Source of the DNA: a virus | Reading direction: 5' to 3' (one strand) | DNA length: 64,000 nucleotides | Virus record (IMG/VR): IMGVR_UViG_3300028821_000038 | Coordinates: 64,001-128,000 of that record | Shown: piece by piece, positions 54,088-64,000 of the stretch | How the letters are laid out: each line of letters starts with the position of its first letter | How positions within the stretch are numbered: the first letter of the stretch is position 1 | The notes under the pieces: model-generated | Seen by the model: only the letters and a program-made list of their open reading frames with translations | Database searches by the model: none | What the model was told of the DNA's origin: nothing | Position numbers and translations under genes: made by a program

Positions 54088-54771
54088 GTGCAGACCGTTA
54101 GTTTATATGATGAGGGAGTTCGGTTTTTTCATGACCCGGACCTACACTATGAGATAACCGCCGATAATTCGGTCAGAGTTGACCCCGCGACTGGGGAATG
54201 CGTTATGTATCTTGGTATCAGAGATTATATCGTTGATGGCGAAAGGATGCGTAAAAGAATAGAAATGATGGCGGGTGCCCCAATGCTATTCCTGGAGCCT
54301 ATAGACATAAATGGAAATAGAAAGTGGGATGGTGTTGTAAATATCACATGGGAGCCCAATGGGGAGTATAAAAATTACCAAGAGCATTGTGTTAGCGATC
54401 CGGAAAAGATTTCAGAGCATTATGATCCTGATACCGCCATGACAAATGACAACACGGTGGTTAGGGCAGCTTTTGTATTTGCATATGATGATTATGTGAA
54501 GTATGTAATTAAAAAAGAGGGCGCTGCCGATAGATATGTTTCTGCCTACAATGTAACATCTGTAGTCCTGAATCAGAATGAGTATATATGCTCTGTGATA
54601 TCTACAAATGGAGATAGATTCTTGTCGGTTCTGGAGTCGGGACGCGAAAATGCTATTAAGGTAACGATTACTTTCGATTTGGCTTATGACTTTACCGATG
54701 ACCAGCGCGGTGTGAATCTGTTTACCATGAGTGATACTATTGCGCAGATAACAGAGACCAAGCTGACATAG
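54088..54771 (+). CDS. tail protein (GFxxFxDxxL family)
   Basis: GVRFFHDPDL...LESGRENAIKV. Confidence 0.6.
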   Translation: MQTVSLYDEGVRFFHDPDLHYEITADNSVRVDPATGECVMYLGIRDYIVDGERMRKRIEMMAGAPMLFLEPIDINGNRKWDGVVNITWEPNGEYKNYQEHCVSDPEKISEHYDPDTAMTNDNTVVRAAFVFAYDDYVKYVIKKEGAADRYVSAYNVTSVVLNQNEYICSVISTNGDRFLSVLESGRENAIKVTITFDLAYDFTDDQRGVNLFTMSDTIAQITETKLT

Positions 54772-54781
54772 GAGGTGTTTC

Positions 54782-56578
54782 GTGATTGTTGGTAAAACCC
54801 TTAAAGACCTTGGCTTCGACCTGTATTATGACAAGTATGGCACCTGTAAGGTGCTTGATACTGACAAAATTAGCATCCAACCAGGGGAGACTTTGGATTT
54901 GTGGCTTATTGGAAGACCTACACAGAAAGAGGATGGAAGGTGGTACCATAAAACCTGCCGGTTTGTAGGTGATGCTCCATTCTTTATCGCAGGGATGTAT
55001 CAGGTAGAAGACAGGTTCAATGATATATATATAGGGGCAGATACCAGCGCCACCTCAAAGACTATGAGTGGTAAAATAGAAGAGGTCGCGGTATGGCATC
55101 GAGCGCTAAGTGGCGCCGAAATTACCAACTATCACACCAATTTAGTCGGGATGATAGGGAGTGGTACCGGTTATAAATATCAAGATGCCGAGGAGGCATT
55201 TGCAGATGGCCTAAATGACTACTATATTCCCGCAGATTTTCAGCTGTTTGGGCTCCCCTATAGGGATATGAGGTACGATACCAACTTTATAAAGAGTCGA
55301 TTATTCGATATTGGGAGTGGAAAACACGGTAATGCTGTGATAATGGATAGATACAATGATGAAATGCACATTCAATCAACAAAGCTTTCCTATGACATCA
55401 CTTTGAATGTTAGGTTTTTATTAAACGAGAGGAAGGATTTTACGGTTTTTTCCTCCGATGGAATAGGTAAGCTTTATTACGATGAAGAATCAGGAGTGTT
55501 TACCCTTGAGATTAACCCACTGTATGCCCCAAAAGAAACATATAGTTTTTCATATTTCGGTATTGCTGTTCACACTTGGTATGATTTGGCGATGACCATA
55601 GAAAATGGCGCAATCAATATATACATAAATGGCGAAAATGTATTCAGTAGGTCATACTCTTCCCCAATAAGGGGTGCAAAAAAACTAAAGTGCAATATGT
55701 CGAACATTGAAAGCATAAGCGTGTATGGCCTGACAAGTGTCGTATCAAAGGAGGTCAGGGATAGCAGATTTGTAGAGAGTGAAACTATGAATAGCTATCT
55801 TGGAGATGGAATAGAGGTTGAGCTGGCTGAAATCGAAGATGCTATGGAGTTACTGTTTGACAAGGATAACGATAATAGTGCTTGGGTTGGATTGGGAAAT
55901 ACAGATTTGCAAAAATCATACAAATATGAGTTTAGTATGGATGATAGCGATGAAGCTGCCGAGCATTTCGTATTCAAGAGCAATAGAGGGATTATAACAG
56001 TAGATATTCCATCAAATAAAATCAAGTATCAACATCAAAATATTGATAGTATACCTGGAGATTATAATTATGATATTCCGTTCCATGGATTTGCAAATAT
56101 AATCACTACCGCATGCCCGGTCAAAATATCAGTCAAATATAAAGATCAATTTGACATTTTCGAGGAATTATCCCCATATATATTTGTTATGAGTGGCTCC
56201 AGAATTATAGAGCACGAGTATGCCGTAGAGCCATCTGAATACCCTGGAGATTTAAAGGACGCAGGAAAAAAATTCGATAGAGATTTAAGGTTGGGATGGT
56301 TTAATTATCGGAGATATGTGAGAGTACTATTCTCTAATAGTGGTGGCATATTTGATTTTCAGTCGGTAGAATTAAATGATGGTATATTTGTGCCGATATC
56401 GTATGAGGTAGCAGCCCAAGCATATTATATTAACGATTACAGCACTCTATATTTTGCTAAATATTCTGTTTTTAGAACTGACTATGTGAATTTTGATTCA
56501 GAGTGGCCAAAGGGAGAAGCTAAGCAATACATAGACTCATTTGTAGAAAGATACAATTCCAGAAAAAAAGTATTGTAA
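54782..56578 (+). CDS. tail protein with LamG-like segments
   Basis: LGFDLYYD; GKIEEVAVWHRALSGAEI; WYDLAMT...IYING. Confidence 0.6.
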   Translation: MIVGKTLKDLGFDLYYDKYGTCKVLDTDKISIQPGETLDLWLIGRPTQKEDGRWYHKTCRFVGDAPFFIAGMYQVEDRFNDIYIGADTSATSKTMSGKIEEVAVWHRALSGAEITNYHTNLVGMIGSGTGYKYQDAEEAFADGLNDYYIPADFQLFGLPYRDMRYDTNFIKSRLFDIGSGKHGNAVIMDRYNDEMHIQSTKLSYDITLNVRFLLNERKDFTVFSSDGIGKLYYDEESGVFTLEINPLYAPKETYSFSYFGIAVHTWYDLAMTIENGAINIYINGENVFSRSYSSPIRGAKKLKCNMSNIESISVYGLTSVVSKEVRDSRFVESETMNSYLGDGIEVELAEIEDAMELLFDKDNDNSAWVGLGNTDLQKSYKYEFSMDDSDEAAEHFVFKSNRGIITVDIPSNKIKYQHQNIDSIPGDYNYDIPFHGFANIITTACPVKISVKYKDQFDIFEELSPYIFVMSGSRIIEHEYAVEPSEYPGDLKDAGKKFDRDLRLGWFNYRRYVRVLFSNSGGIFDFQSVELNDGIFVPISYEVAAQAYYINDYSTLYFAKYSVFRTDYVNFDSEWPKGEAKQYIDSFVERYNSRKKVL

Positions 56579-56591
56579 CCTTAGGAGAAAT

Positions 56592-58328
56592 ATGGCAGAG
56601 CTTATCGGAGATCTTCAGGATAAAGGGTTTGGTTTCTTCTTGGATGAGAACCTTACAGTTGAACTGATAGACCAAAGCATTATAGATATTGGAAATGATG
56701 GAGAGCTAAGTGTCTATTTTGGAGCGAAATCATATATATCGTCCAACCTTAGAAAAGGTAAGGTTTTCAGCTTTGTAGAGGGGTACCGATATTTAATGTT
56801 GGACCTAGTGGAGGATAATTCCGGCGAATACTTCAGAAACTTCGATAACATAGAAAGTATGTCTCTGGAGGTTATTCTCGATTCGAGACGACTCTTGATG
56901 AATATACTCCACAAGTACATAGACAGCGAAACCTGGATTACCTTGGAACTGTTAAACAAATACGGCATGGTGGGCAATAGTAAAGATAATGCAAAAGCCA
57001 TGAGGACATGTCTATGTGAACCTGATAGAATACAGGAAGTATCGTGTGATGGTGCCGCGATATGTCAAACCTGGGAATGGAAACCTACAGGATACTGGGG
57101 TACTGGGTGGCCCGAACAATACAGTTTTTACCTTGACTTCTTTCAAGATGAGAATAGTGTTTATAAATCGATATGGGAACAATATATCGAGAATGACTAT
57201 ATCAAAGGAGCTAAGACTAGATCATACTTGACATATGGAAGTCGAACTCCATACGGAAGTGGGGTTTGGAACTATAACTATCAGCATGATGTATACCCGC
57301 AGCACGATGCAGTATTGGCATATCGATGGCATTATGGTGGTTTTGATATTACGCCATACGAGATGAGGGTTTTGAAACCTGAAATATACAATAGGTTCTC
57401 CCAATGGTACAGTCAATATAGGCCCGGTAGCAGTACTTTTAGGTTTGTGGCCGATGAATATACTGTTATGGGATATACCGATATTGCCAAGACAGACACT
57501 AACACGATATACGATAGGCAAAAGCATATAATAGAAGACTTGTTGGGGCCGCTTAGATACACCGAGGACCAGTATGGGAATAGGACATACTACTATGGAG
57601 ATTTGAGCGGAATACAATTTTCGATATTGTATAACGATGATTTTATGAACTACAGCGAGGCATATATCAATAGCCCAGACTTTAGGGAGATATGCGAAGA
57701 CAATAAGCTATATGTAGAAGATGCATTCTTTTCTATAGAGAAATCATATGGGAAATTGGGCGGAAGAACAATATTCAATGGTGGCGTAGGCAACGAGTCT
57801 GACTACTTTATGCCACTTAGAGATTTTCTGCGGTCTCGCGGTTGGACATTCGAGTATTTCGTGGAAGAGCTTCATAATATCGAATTTGATAGGTGGAGTA
57901 GCGCTTTGAAGGATGCGCTGGTAATAGGCCTAGAAGATGTATTGGTTAGAGATTTTACTGAGTTCTACGATAAAGACCACCGCGCTCCATTTGATGGGAT
58001 AGAGTTTTATTGTCCTATCGTCATCACAGATAGACCGGTTGAGATATATAAAAAGAAGGCAATAATCGATTCCGATGGAAACGAGAGCATCGTCGATTCT
58101 GGTATCGTGCTGCTGAATCCTGGTGAATTTAAGTGTCCGATAGACAAAGATGAATTTATATGGAGTATTAAGGCATACACCTACAACACCTTCATCACTG
58201 AATATATGAAGGTGAAGATATCTATGTCTATAAAAAGCTCGTTTCCTACTGAGGACTTTTTGAATTTTAGGGCCATAAATAGCGATTACACCTTTATCGA
58301 GGAGTACCATTTTGAGTACTCAATCTGA
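56592..58328 (+). CDS. tail protein (GFxxFxDxxL family)
   Basis: KGFGFFLDENLT. Confidence 0.55.
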   Translation: MAELIGDLQDKGFGFFLDENLTVELIDQSIIDIGNDGELSVYFGAKSYISSNLRKGKVFSFVEGYRYLMLDLVEDNSGEYFRNFDNIESMSLEVILDSRRLLMNILHKYIDSETWITLELLNKYGMVGNSKDNAKAMRTCLCEPDRIQEVSCDGAAICQTWEWKPTGYWGTGWPEQYSFYLDFFQDENSVYKSIWEQYIENDYIKGAKTRSYLTYGSRTPYGSGVWNYNYQHDVYPQHDAVLAYRWHYGGFDITPYEMRVLKPEIYNRFSQWYSQYRPGSSTFRFVADEYTVMGYTDIAKTDTNTIYDRQKHIIEDLLGPLRYTEDQYGNRTYYYGDLSGIQFSILYNDDFMNYSEAYINSPDFREICEDNKLYVEDAFFSIEKSYGKLGGRTIFNGGVGNESDYFMPLRDFLRSRGWTFEYFVEELHNIEFDRWSSALKDALVIGLEDVLVRDFTEFYDKDHRAPFDGIEFYCPIVITDRPVEIYKKKAIIDSDGNESIVDSGIVLLNPGEFKCPIDKDEFIWSIKAYTYNTFITEYMKVKISMSIKSSFPTEDFLNFRAINSDYTFIEEYHFEYSI

Positions 58329-59631
58329 TAGCTGTATCCAGCTCGAGTTGCCACAGCCCCAACCATTTATCGCGCAAAAGAAAGACCCTGAACCGCCAAC
58401 AGTATTTGTAGACACCAGTATGGGGTATATCGCTAAAACAGGAAGCATTACTCCAGGGTATATGAACACAACAAATAGGTTCTTCTCTATCGCGGAGAAT
58501 GGCGGATTCAATGCATTTGTTACAGATGAGACGGTTGGTATAGGGTTCTTTGTGGAAAAGGTGCTGTATGCCGTCCTGAATGTTGATACTGAGGATTTCT
58601 TCGGTATTGAGTTGGAGGAGCATGTAGAGCGCTCTATAGTTACCTTCGCAAGGGTATCCAGAGATACTTTTCTTCTTGTTGTATGCGCCAATATAGACCC
58701 TGCTACAGGCAAAATACTATATATCTCCAAGACAATTACAATAGACTCTTTGTATTGCTCTATGCAGACCAGGGTTATTCCAAATATGGCGCCACAAAAC
58801 ATCAAGGATGAGTATTCCAATATAATCGATGATGATTTGAATGTTGTGAAGCATACCAGTGAGCTTGGGAGAGTGGTGGATCCAGCTGAATACAATGGTA
58901 GTTATGGCTTTGCAGATTTGAGAGAGGTTGAGATCACCACCGATAGCGATACTAGACCGATATATGAAGCTGTTTTGGAGGATTTGAAATCGACAATTCC
59001 GGGCTTATCTGATTCTGTGCAGAGCGATATAGCCTTGTATTCTATATGGAGTGACTATATCAGGGGTGGCTTGTTTTTGGTGTTGTTATGTCAGGATAAA
59101 TTGATCACAATCAAGGATACCGATACGGGGATAGAGAAAGAAACCTTCATGTTCGATAGCGCTCTATCTATGTATGAGTTTGACAATATATATTTTCCAT
59201 ATGTAATGCCCGCGACAAGAGATACTCTAAAGACTGATTATGTGTTTTGTCCATATGGTGTATTGAAGGAGAACTACTACTATAAGCACCTGTTTGTAAA
59301 CAGGATAGAAGATAGCGATGGGGGGCAATTTATAAAACTGTATGTATTGGAATTGCCCAGCGGAGGGGATAAATATGTCCCTATTGTGTCAAACGGCAAG
59401 ATGGTATCATTATACTCTCTGGATGTCAGTGAGGTGTCGGATTCTGGCGCAGAGAGAAGTATATTTTTTGGAAATGCTATCGGCATAAATACTGACATTG
59501 TGGTGGATACTACCGTGTGCGCATACAACTACGCAACCTATATAGATAAATCAGTGACCGAAAGAAACCAGACAACTGATATAATAAGCGTTAGAACTAT
59601 GTGTGAGTTTGTAGATTATTTATATTTTTAG
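58312..59631 (+). CDS. hypothetical tail-region protein
   Basis: 439-aa ORF, TTG start after GGAG. Confidence 0.55.
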   Translation: MSTQSDSCIQLELPQPQPFIAQKKDPEPPTVFVDTSMGYIAKTGSITPGYMNTTNRFFSIAENGGFNAFVTDETVGIGFFVEKVLYAVLNVDTEDFFGIELEEHVERSIVTFARVSRDTFLLVVCANIDPATGKILYISKTITIDSLYCSMQTRVIPNMAPQNIKDEYSNIIDDDLNVVKHTSELGRVVDPAEYNGSYGFADLREVEITTDSDTRPIYEAVLEDLKSTIPGLSDSVQSDIALYSIWSDYIRGGLFLVLLCQDKLITIKDTDTGIEKETFMFDSALSMYEFDNIYFPYVMPATRDTLKTDYVFCPYGVLKENYYYKHLFVNRIEDSDGGQFIKLYVLELPSGGDKYVPIVSNGKMVSLYSLDVSEVSDSGAERSIFFGNAIGINTDIVVDTTVCAYNYATYIDKSVTERNQTTDIISVRTMCEFVDYLYF

Positions 59632-59639
59632 GATGTAAT

Positions 59640-61265
59640 ATGAGCGGAGTTCCAATAAATGCCTATCTTGATGCCAATCTTACCAAGAAGCTGGAGAGTT
59701 TTGTTATAAATGCTATACCGCAGCAGACTTACCGGTCTGACTTCAATTTGATTTATATCGCAAATATCGATACAAGCGTAGATGAGAATGGAAATCTTAT
59801 CCAGACCTATATCACATCCGATGACTCTATATTTTTGGCCATAACCAATGACTTTGGGCATATAGACTATACAAACATCAAGACAATTCATGTTGCCGGT
59901 GCGTATGAGACCGATTTTGAGACGACATCTTTCTATCCAGATCCAGTAGATTTACCAAGATTTGCCAATTATTACGAGGGCAATGAGGTTCCCGTAGGAG
60001 GGGGCATACTAAATGTCGCCTTCTGTCCTTTTGGGGTTAATAAAGTAGAGCTTTTGAACGGCGATATTGTGCATGTGTATGGCAATGGAAAGATAAAAAT
60101 TACCACTGAGCAGCGCGGTTTCAAAGGGTATCAGCAGATTCCAAAGGTAGACAGGATCTTGTCGAATGGATACTATAAAATAATCAAGCTTGCGATATAC
60201 AGTAGATACTCTGAGTTTCAGAGACGAAAATACAGCTTGAACCTCTTTAGCCCCACCATGAAGTTTCATTCCGAGAGTATAGAGGGGCAGCTCCCAATAA
60301 CAGAAGAGAGATTGCTTGGGTATTTTACCAACGATGTGACTCATGATGATAATACCGGATACAAATTCATAAAAAACCATAAAGATAGCTCTCTGTTTTT
60401 GTGTGATGTGACATCAGGCAGGCAAAGCTTGCTTACAGGAATAGGCGATATGGTCAAGGTGACAAAGACCGGCTTTATAGATTTATCGAATCTGGGCGCC
60501 AACATTGGAGATGAATTTAGTATCCATATGAATGTGCTGTTGGAGTCATATGCACCGAGGGGTACGATTCTATTTGAAGCAGGATATGGTGTAACCGATA
60601 GTGGATATCAGACTCATAAAATAACACTCTGGGTGAACAACGCAGGAGAGCTGTGTTTCAACACTCAATACAACGATGAGTTTCAAAACACGAAGCATAA
60701 AATAGACCTTCAAAAAGAGCACATCATAACTTTTACAATAGAAAACCAGAAGTTCGACGAAGAAGATGATGATGAATATGTTGTGTTTATCCACCTGAAT
60801 GGCTCTCAGATATGGCCATCATCGGAGATGCTTACCAAGACCCAAAAAACATATTTGTGGCGCGCCAAGGAGGCGTGGAGGGTGTACAACGATGTATGTA
60901 TGAAGTTGCCGGCCCCGCATCCAGTGCAAGGGGGCGTGGATGCTAAACAGGTTTGCGTTAAAAAGCTTCTTGCGGAGACCGGATTTGTAACATATGAGAA
61001 TGTAATGAAGGTTTACGAGCTATACCTTAAAAGGCCAGTTGCCAGCAATGTCGATTTGGATGAGATAAAAATAGGCTCTTCCGATGAGACAACAATAGAG
61101 AAGATGTTCTTTGGGCAGGATTCTGAGAAAGATTTGCTTGATGATGAGTATTATATGGAGGGGCAGTTTTCAGAAATAGCGGTATTCTCTCCTGGATTAT
61201 CCAAGGATGAAATAGAGCAGATACATCTTCTGAATATAATCAGAATACCAACGATTATGCTATAG
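59640..61265 (+). CDS. tail protein with LamG-like domain
   Basis: NAYLDANLT N-motif; GQFSEIAVFSPGLSKDEI. Confidence 0.55.
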   Translation: MSGVPINAYLDANLTKKLESFVINAIPQQTYRSDFNLIYIANIDTSVDENGNLIQTYITSDDSIFLAITNDFGHIDYTNIKTIHVAGAYETDFETTSFYPDPVDLPRFANYYEGNEVPVGGGILNVAFCPFGVNKVELLNGDIVHVYGNGKIKITTEQRGFKGYQQIPKVDRILSNGYYKIIKLAIYSRYSEFQRRKYSLNLFSPTMKFHSESIEGQLPITEERLLGYFTNDVTHDDNTGYKFIKNHKDSSLFLCDVTSGRQSLLTGIGDMVKVTKTGFIDLSNLGANIGDEFSIHMNVLLESYAPRGTILFEAGYGVTDSGYQTHKITLWVNNAGELCFNTQYNDEFQNTKHKIDLQKEHIITFTIENQKFDEEDDDEYVVFIHLNGSQIWPSSEMLTKTQKTYLWRAKEAWRVYNDVCMKLPAPHPVQGGVDAKQVCVKKLLAETGFVTYENVMKVYELYLKRPVASNVDLDEIKIGSSDETTIEKMFFGQDSEKDLLDDEYYMEGQFSEIAVFSPGLSKDEIEQIHLLNIIRIPTIML

Positions 61266-61272
61266 GATTGAT

Positions 61273-62127
61273 ATGCAGGCAACCATCTTTAGATTCACCA
61301 TACACCTGAAGGATAGTTCAAAATATATCTACCCTGGTGATTACAAGATGATAGGGATTGATATACCTTGGCGTGTCGAGAGGCTTCGCCCTATCCTGCA
61401 TGATTATTCGCTGACATCCAGCGTTAGGTTTAACGACAATGAGCCGGGCTATATCTATGATAGCATAGATGATTTTTGCGATGCCAATGACCTGTCTAGA
61501 TTTAGAGCGTATATTAATGGGGTCTATGGTTTCATGTCTTTGTTTGGTGTAGATAGTGAGGAGTATTCCGGTGCGATTACTCCAAACTACCTGATACGGG
61601 ATTCGAATTATATAGACCTTATCGCGGTGGCGTGGTTTGATGGTGGGGTTCCTGGGAATATACACAATCTGTATCTGTGTAGAGGTTTTAGATATAAGAA
61701 CCTAATAGGATTCAATACTGAAAAAACGTCAAGCGCGATGGGTTATTCGTTTTATACCTTTGAGCCATATGAGTATGACAAATCCCTGATAGGAGAGCCC
61801 TACTCAAGAGTAAGTGTGGTTAGCGGTAGAGTTGTAGATTTTAGAGTCTCTGCATTTAAGAAGATTATCGAGAGTGGGCATATTTCCCAGTATGAGGATT
61901 TCGGTGTAGAAAAGTGTAATCTTATGGATTCTTACGGCGATATGGTGCTATCGTATATAGAATTAGCCAGGTTTGATGATTTTAGTTTGAGGTTTGGAAT
62001 GATACAGATGCACTCTTTAGTGGAAGTGGAATTTGAGCTCAATAGATTTGGTATAATTGTTGCAAATATGCTTGTTGATATGGATGAAATGAAGTATGAG
62101 ATAGGCAGATTGCAAGTGGATATATAA
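61273..62127 (+). CDS. hypothetical tail-region protein
   Basis: 284-aa ORF, AGGA RBS. Confidence 0.55.
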   Translation: MQATIFRFTIHLKDSSKYIYPGDYKMIGIDIPWRVERLRPILHDYSLTSSVRFNDNEPGYIYDSIDDFCDANDLSRFRAYINGVYGFMSLFGVDSEEYSGAITPNYLIRDSNYIDLIAVAWFDGGVPGNIHNLYLCRGFRYKNLIGFNTEKTSSAMGYSFYTFEPYEYDKSLIGEPYSRVSVVSGRVVDFRVSAFKKIIESGHISQYEDFGVEKCNLMDSYGDMVLSYIELARFDDFSLRFGMIQMHSLVEVEFELNRFGIIVANMLVDMDEMKYEIGRLQVDI

Positions 62128-62142
62128 AAAAATCAAGGATAT

Positions 62143-63114
62143 ATGATGGCGATTTTATTTGATGAGGTAAAGTACTATAAGTCTCAGAGGGTTGATTTTG
62201 ACGATCCAACCAACAATGGTATGGGCCCCGGAGACCAGATAGTGAATGACGCTATGAATAGTATTTTTCCGGAAGTATCTGCTACAGATAGGGAAAATGG
62301 ACTTGAACGAATAGCCAAGATATTTGTTTCCAACGAGTCACAGGACCGTCTGATGTCTGAGACGATTTTCTATTTGAAGCAGGATGTTTTTGCACCAGAC
62401 ATTATGACAATATTTGAGGCAACCGAAAAAGAGTATATCTCTTTCAAGAATAGAGACGATCTGGATGGCGACTCCTCGCCTATTACCGCCGGAACCGAGA
62501 TTTTTATAACCGATATAGCGCCAGATACCAATGATGCAAATGACCTGGTTGGTAGAAGAATCCTGATAGGGAGTCTCGAAACTGTCGTAGATACCGCGCC
62601 AACAGCATCCAGTATTACACTCGAGGATGATATTAACTTCTTTGTGGCTGCCGATACCCCGATAAATACAGTGGATATGTACGACTTCCTTGAGAGCGAT
62701 GAAGATTTCCAGAATATGAAAGAGTATGCAAATGCCATATCAATGGGAAGTATTTCTAGCGGTACCACTGTTGTGAATGTGTCTGACAGTGATGTAGATT
62801 TCTTTGAGGTTGGCGACAATATAGTATTGATAGACCAATATTTTAGGGTTATACACAGGGCGGCTATAACCGATATACAGCAAAATAGTGGCGACCCCAG
62901 CTTGTATGATATTACAATGGACAAAGAGTACACAAGCGCATATACGGTTCCCGCTACACAGGGGTATATCGCCAATGGCTTCAAGCAGGATTTGCTTCCG
63001 GGCAGAAAAAAGTCGCTGTGGATAAAGCTTAAGGTGCAAGCCAGCAGCGCAATAGACACTGAAGTTATAAATCAATTCCAGCTTGGTGTGCATTTTGACG
63101 ACCTAGAAGCATAG
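62143..63114 (+). CDS. tail tip/assembly protein
   Basis: VKYYKS...NNG...IVN..MNSIFPEVS..DR..G....KIF, a pattern typical of some siphophage tail proteins; TGGTATAAT at 62049. Confidence 0.6.
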   Translation: MMAILFDEVKYYKSQRVDFDDPTNNGMGPGDQIVNDAMNSIFPEVSATDRENGLERIAKIFVSNESQDRLMSETIFYLKQDVFAPDIMTIFEATEKEYISFKNRDDLDGDSSPITAGTEIFITDIAPDTNDANDLVGRRILIGSLETVVDTAPTASSITLEDDINFFVAADTPINTVDMYDFLESDEDFQNMKEYANAISMGSISSGTTVVNVSDSDVDFFEVGDNIVLIDQYFRVIHRAAITDIQQNSGDPSLYDITMDKEYTSAYTVPATQGYIANGFKQDLLPGRKKSLWIKLKVQASSAIDTEVINQFQLGVHFDDLEA

Positions 63115-63132
63115 TGAAAGAAGGAGACCTCG

Positions 63133-64000
63133 ATGAGGAGTTTCTTTCTTTCGTCTTCGTTTAGAGTTGGAGCCTATGCAGATTTTTCCATATCATCCAG
63201 TTTCAAGATTCATAAATATGTAGATTATGGTCTAGTATCCAGCTTTAATAATGGTTCCTATTCTGATTTTAGCCTAAAATCAGAATATATGGACCTCAGC
63301 GGAGACTGGTCTCTTGCGTCTAGTATCACATATTGTATGAGGCCTGATTTTTACCTGAAATCAAGCTATAGCAATACGAAAGAGCAAAGAGATTTTTACC
63401 TATCATCATCTTTACTGTTTTTGCCATTTAGTGATTTTTCCTATGTTGATACGGTTGTCTTTGCCGGTGTGGGGAGTATGGGGCTGAAGTCGTCATACAG
63501 AAAAAGCGCAAGAGTGGAGAATGGGATTCGTTCATACATTCAGAAGAGAGGATATGACGATTTCTCATTGAAGAGCGCTGTTGTATTCAAAGAGAAGCCA
63601 AGCACGATGGATTTTGCTCTTGAATCTCTGTATGCAGAATATCCCGCAGAAAGCCCCCCAAATATAGAGGATTTGGAGAGTTATATTTCCACCACACTTC
63701 ATATTTCCTTAGAGACTGGGGCTTATGAATTTGAGCTGATGCCATTCGTTGTTCTTGGTGTCAATACTGGAATTTATGACCTTAATCCAGTGTATGTCCC
63801 AGAGGCATTCTGTAAGGTGGTTTCATTCGGGATTCTTGCCAGCATATACAGCACAGATATAAATGTCTCTGTCGCCACATCAGCCTCTTTTAACGATGGA
63901 AGATGGGATTTGTGTGAACTTGAGGTGTCTCCTGCTGAAATGCAAGATTTCAGCTCACCAATAATGAGTTTTTCATACTCCTCAAATCTGGTTGATATTG
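63133..64000 (+). CDS. structural protein with ~14-aa DFxLxSS repeats, truncated by window end
   Basis: AAGGAG RBS; manual translation open to 64000: DFSISSSF, DFSLKSEY, DFYLKSSY, DFYLSSSL, DFSLKSAV. Confidence 0.7.
   Translation, partial: MRSFFLSSSFRVGAYADFSISSSFKIHKYVDYGLVSSFNNGSYSDFSLKSEYMDLSGDWSLASSITYCMRPDFYLKSSYSNTKEQRDFYLSSSLLFLPFSDFSYVDTVVFAGVGSMGLKSSYRKSARVENGIRSYIQKRGYDDFSLKSAVVFKEKPSTMDFALESLYAEYPAESPPNIEDLESYISTTLHISLETGAYEFELMPFVVLGVNTGIYDLNPVYVPEAFCKVVSFGILASIYSTDINVSVATSASFNDGRWDLCELEVSPAEMQDFSSPIMSFSYSSNLVDI

Noticed and set aside
315-63093. Many opposite-strand ORFs in the track (e.g. 2223-2696, 32521-33153, 37932-38603, 62370-63059)
   Set aside because: Shadow ORFs antisense to well-supported genes, lacking RBS and motifs
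1-64000. Stop-codon reassignment or diversity-generating retroelement
   Set aside because: Standard code yields full-length, tightly packed genes; no reverse transcriptase or template/variable repeat pair noticed

Overview
The window is 64 kb of a large tailed dsDNA phage genome (gene-dense, AT-rich, mostly + strand). AAGGA(G) Shine-Dalgarno sites and (T)GnTATAAT promoters tentatively suggest a Campylobacterota host. Recognisable genes include a RecE/ExoVIII-like nuclease, NYN nuclease, VRR-NUC nuclease, HU, SSB, rIIA/rIIB, RNase H, a NUMOD4-HNH nuclease, holin/spanin candidates and a long tail module (fibrinogen-like and LamG domains). Highlights: (1) a four-gene operon at 27.9-31.3 kb that looks like a phage ubiquitin-like conjugation system (JAB peptidase, ThiF/E1, E2-like) led by an unannotated 52-aa, apparently non-beta-grasp peptide ending in -GKSG-M; (2) a 1440-aa RNA polymerase fusing beta to the N-terminal half of beta'; (3) a 15-bp motif GGTATATATATATGG whose last GG opens a 5' hairpin, a candidate phage-RNAP promoter; (4) about ten Gly/Ala/Lys-rich proteins sharing an [LM]-x-K-x-[AS] motif, a candidate maturation-protease or packaging signal; (5) a 1.3-kb non-coding region with a structured RNA candidate, convergent promoters and six palindromic 24-bp repeats. 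All assignments come from motif reading by eye; no searches were run.
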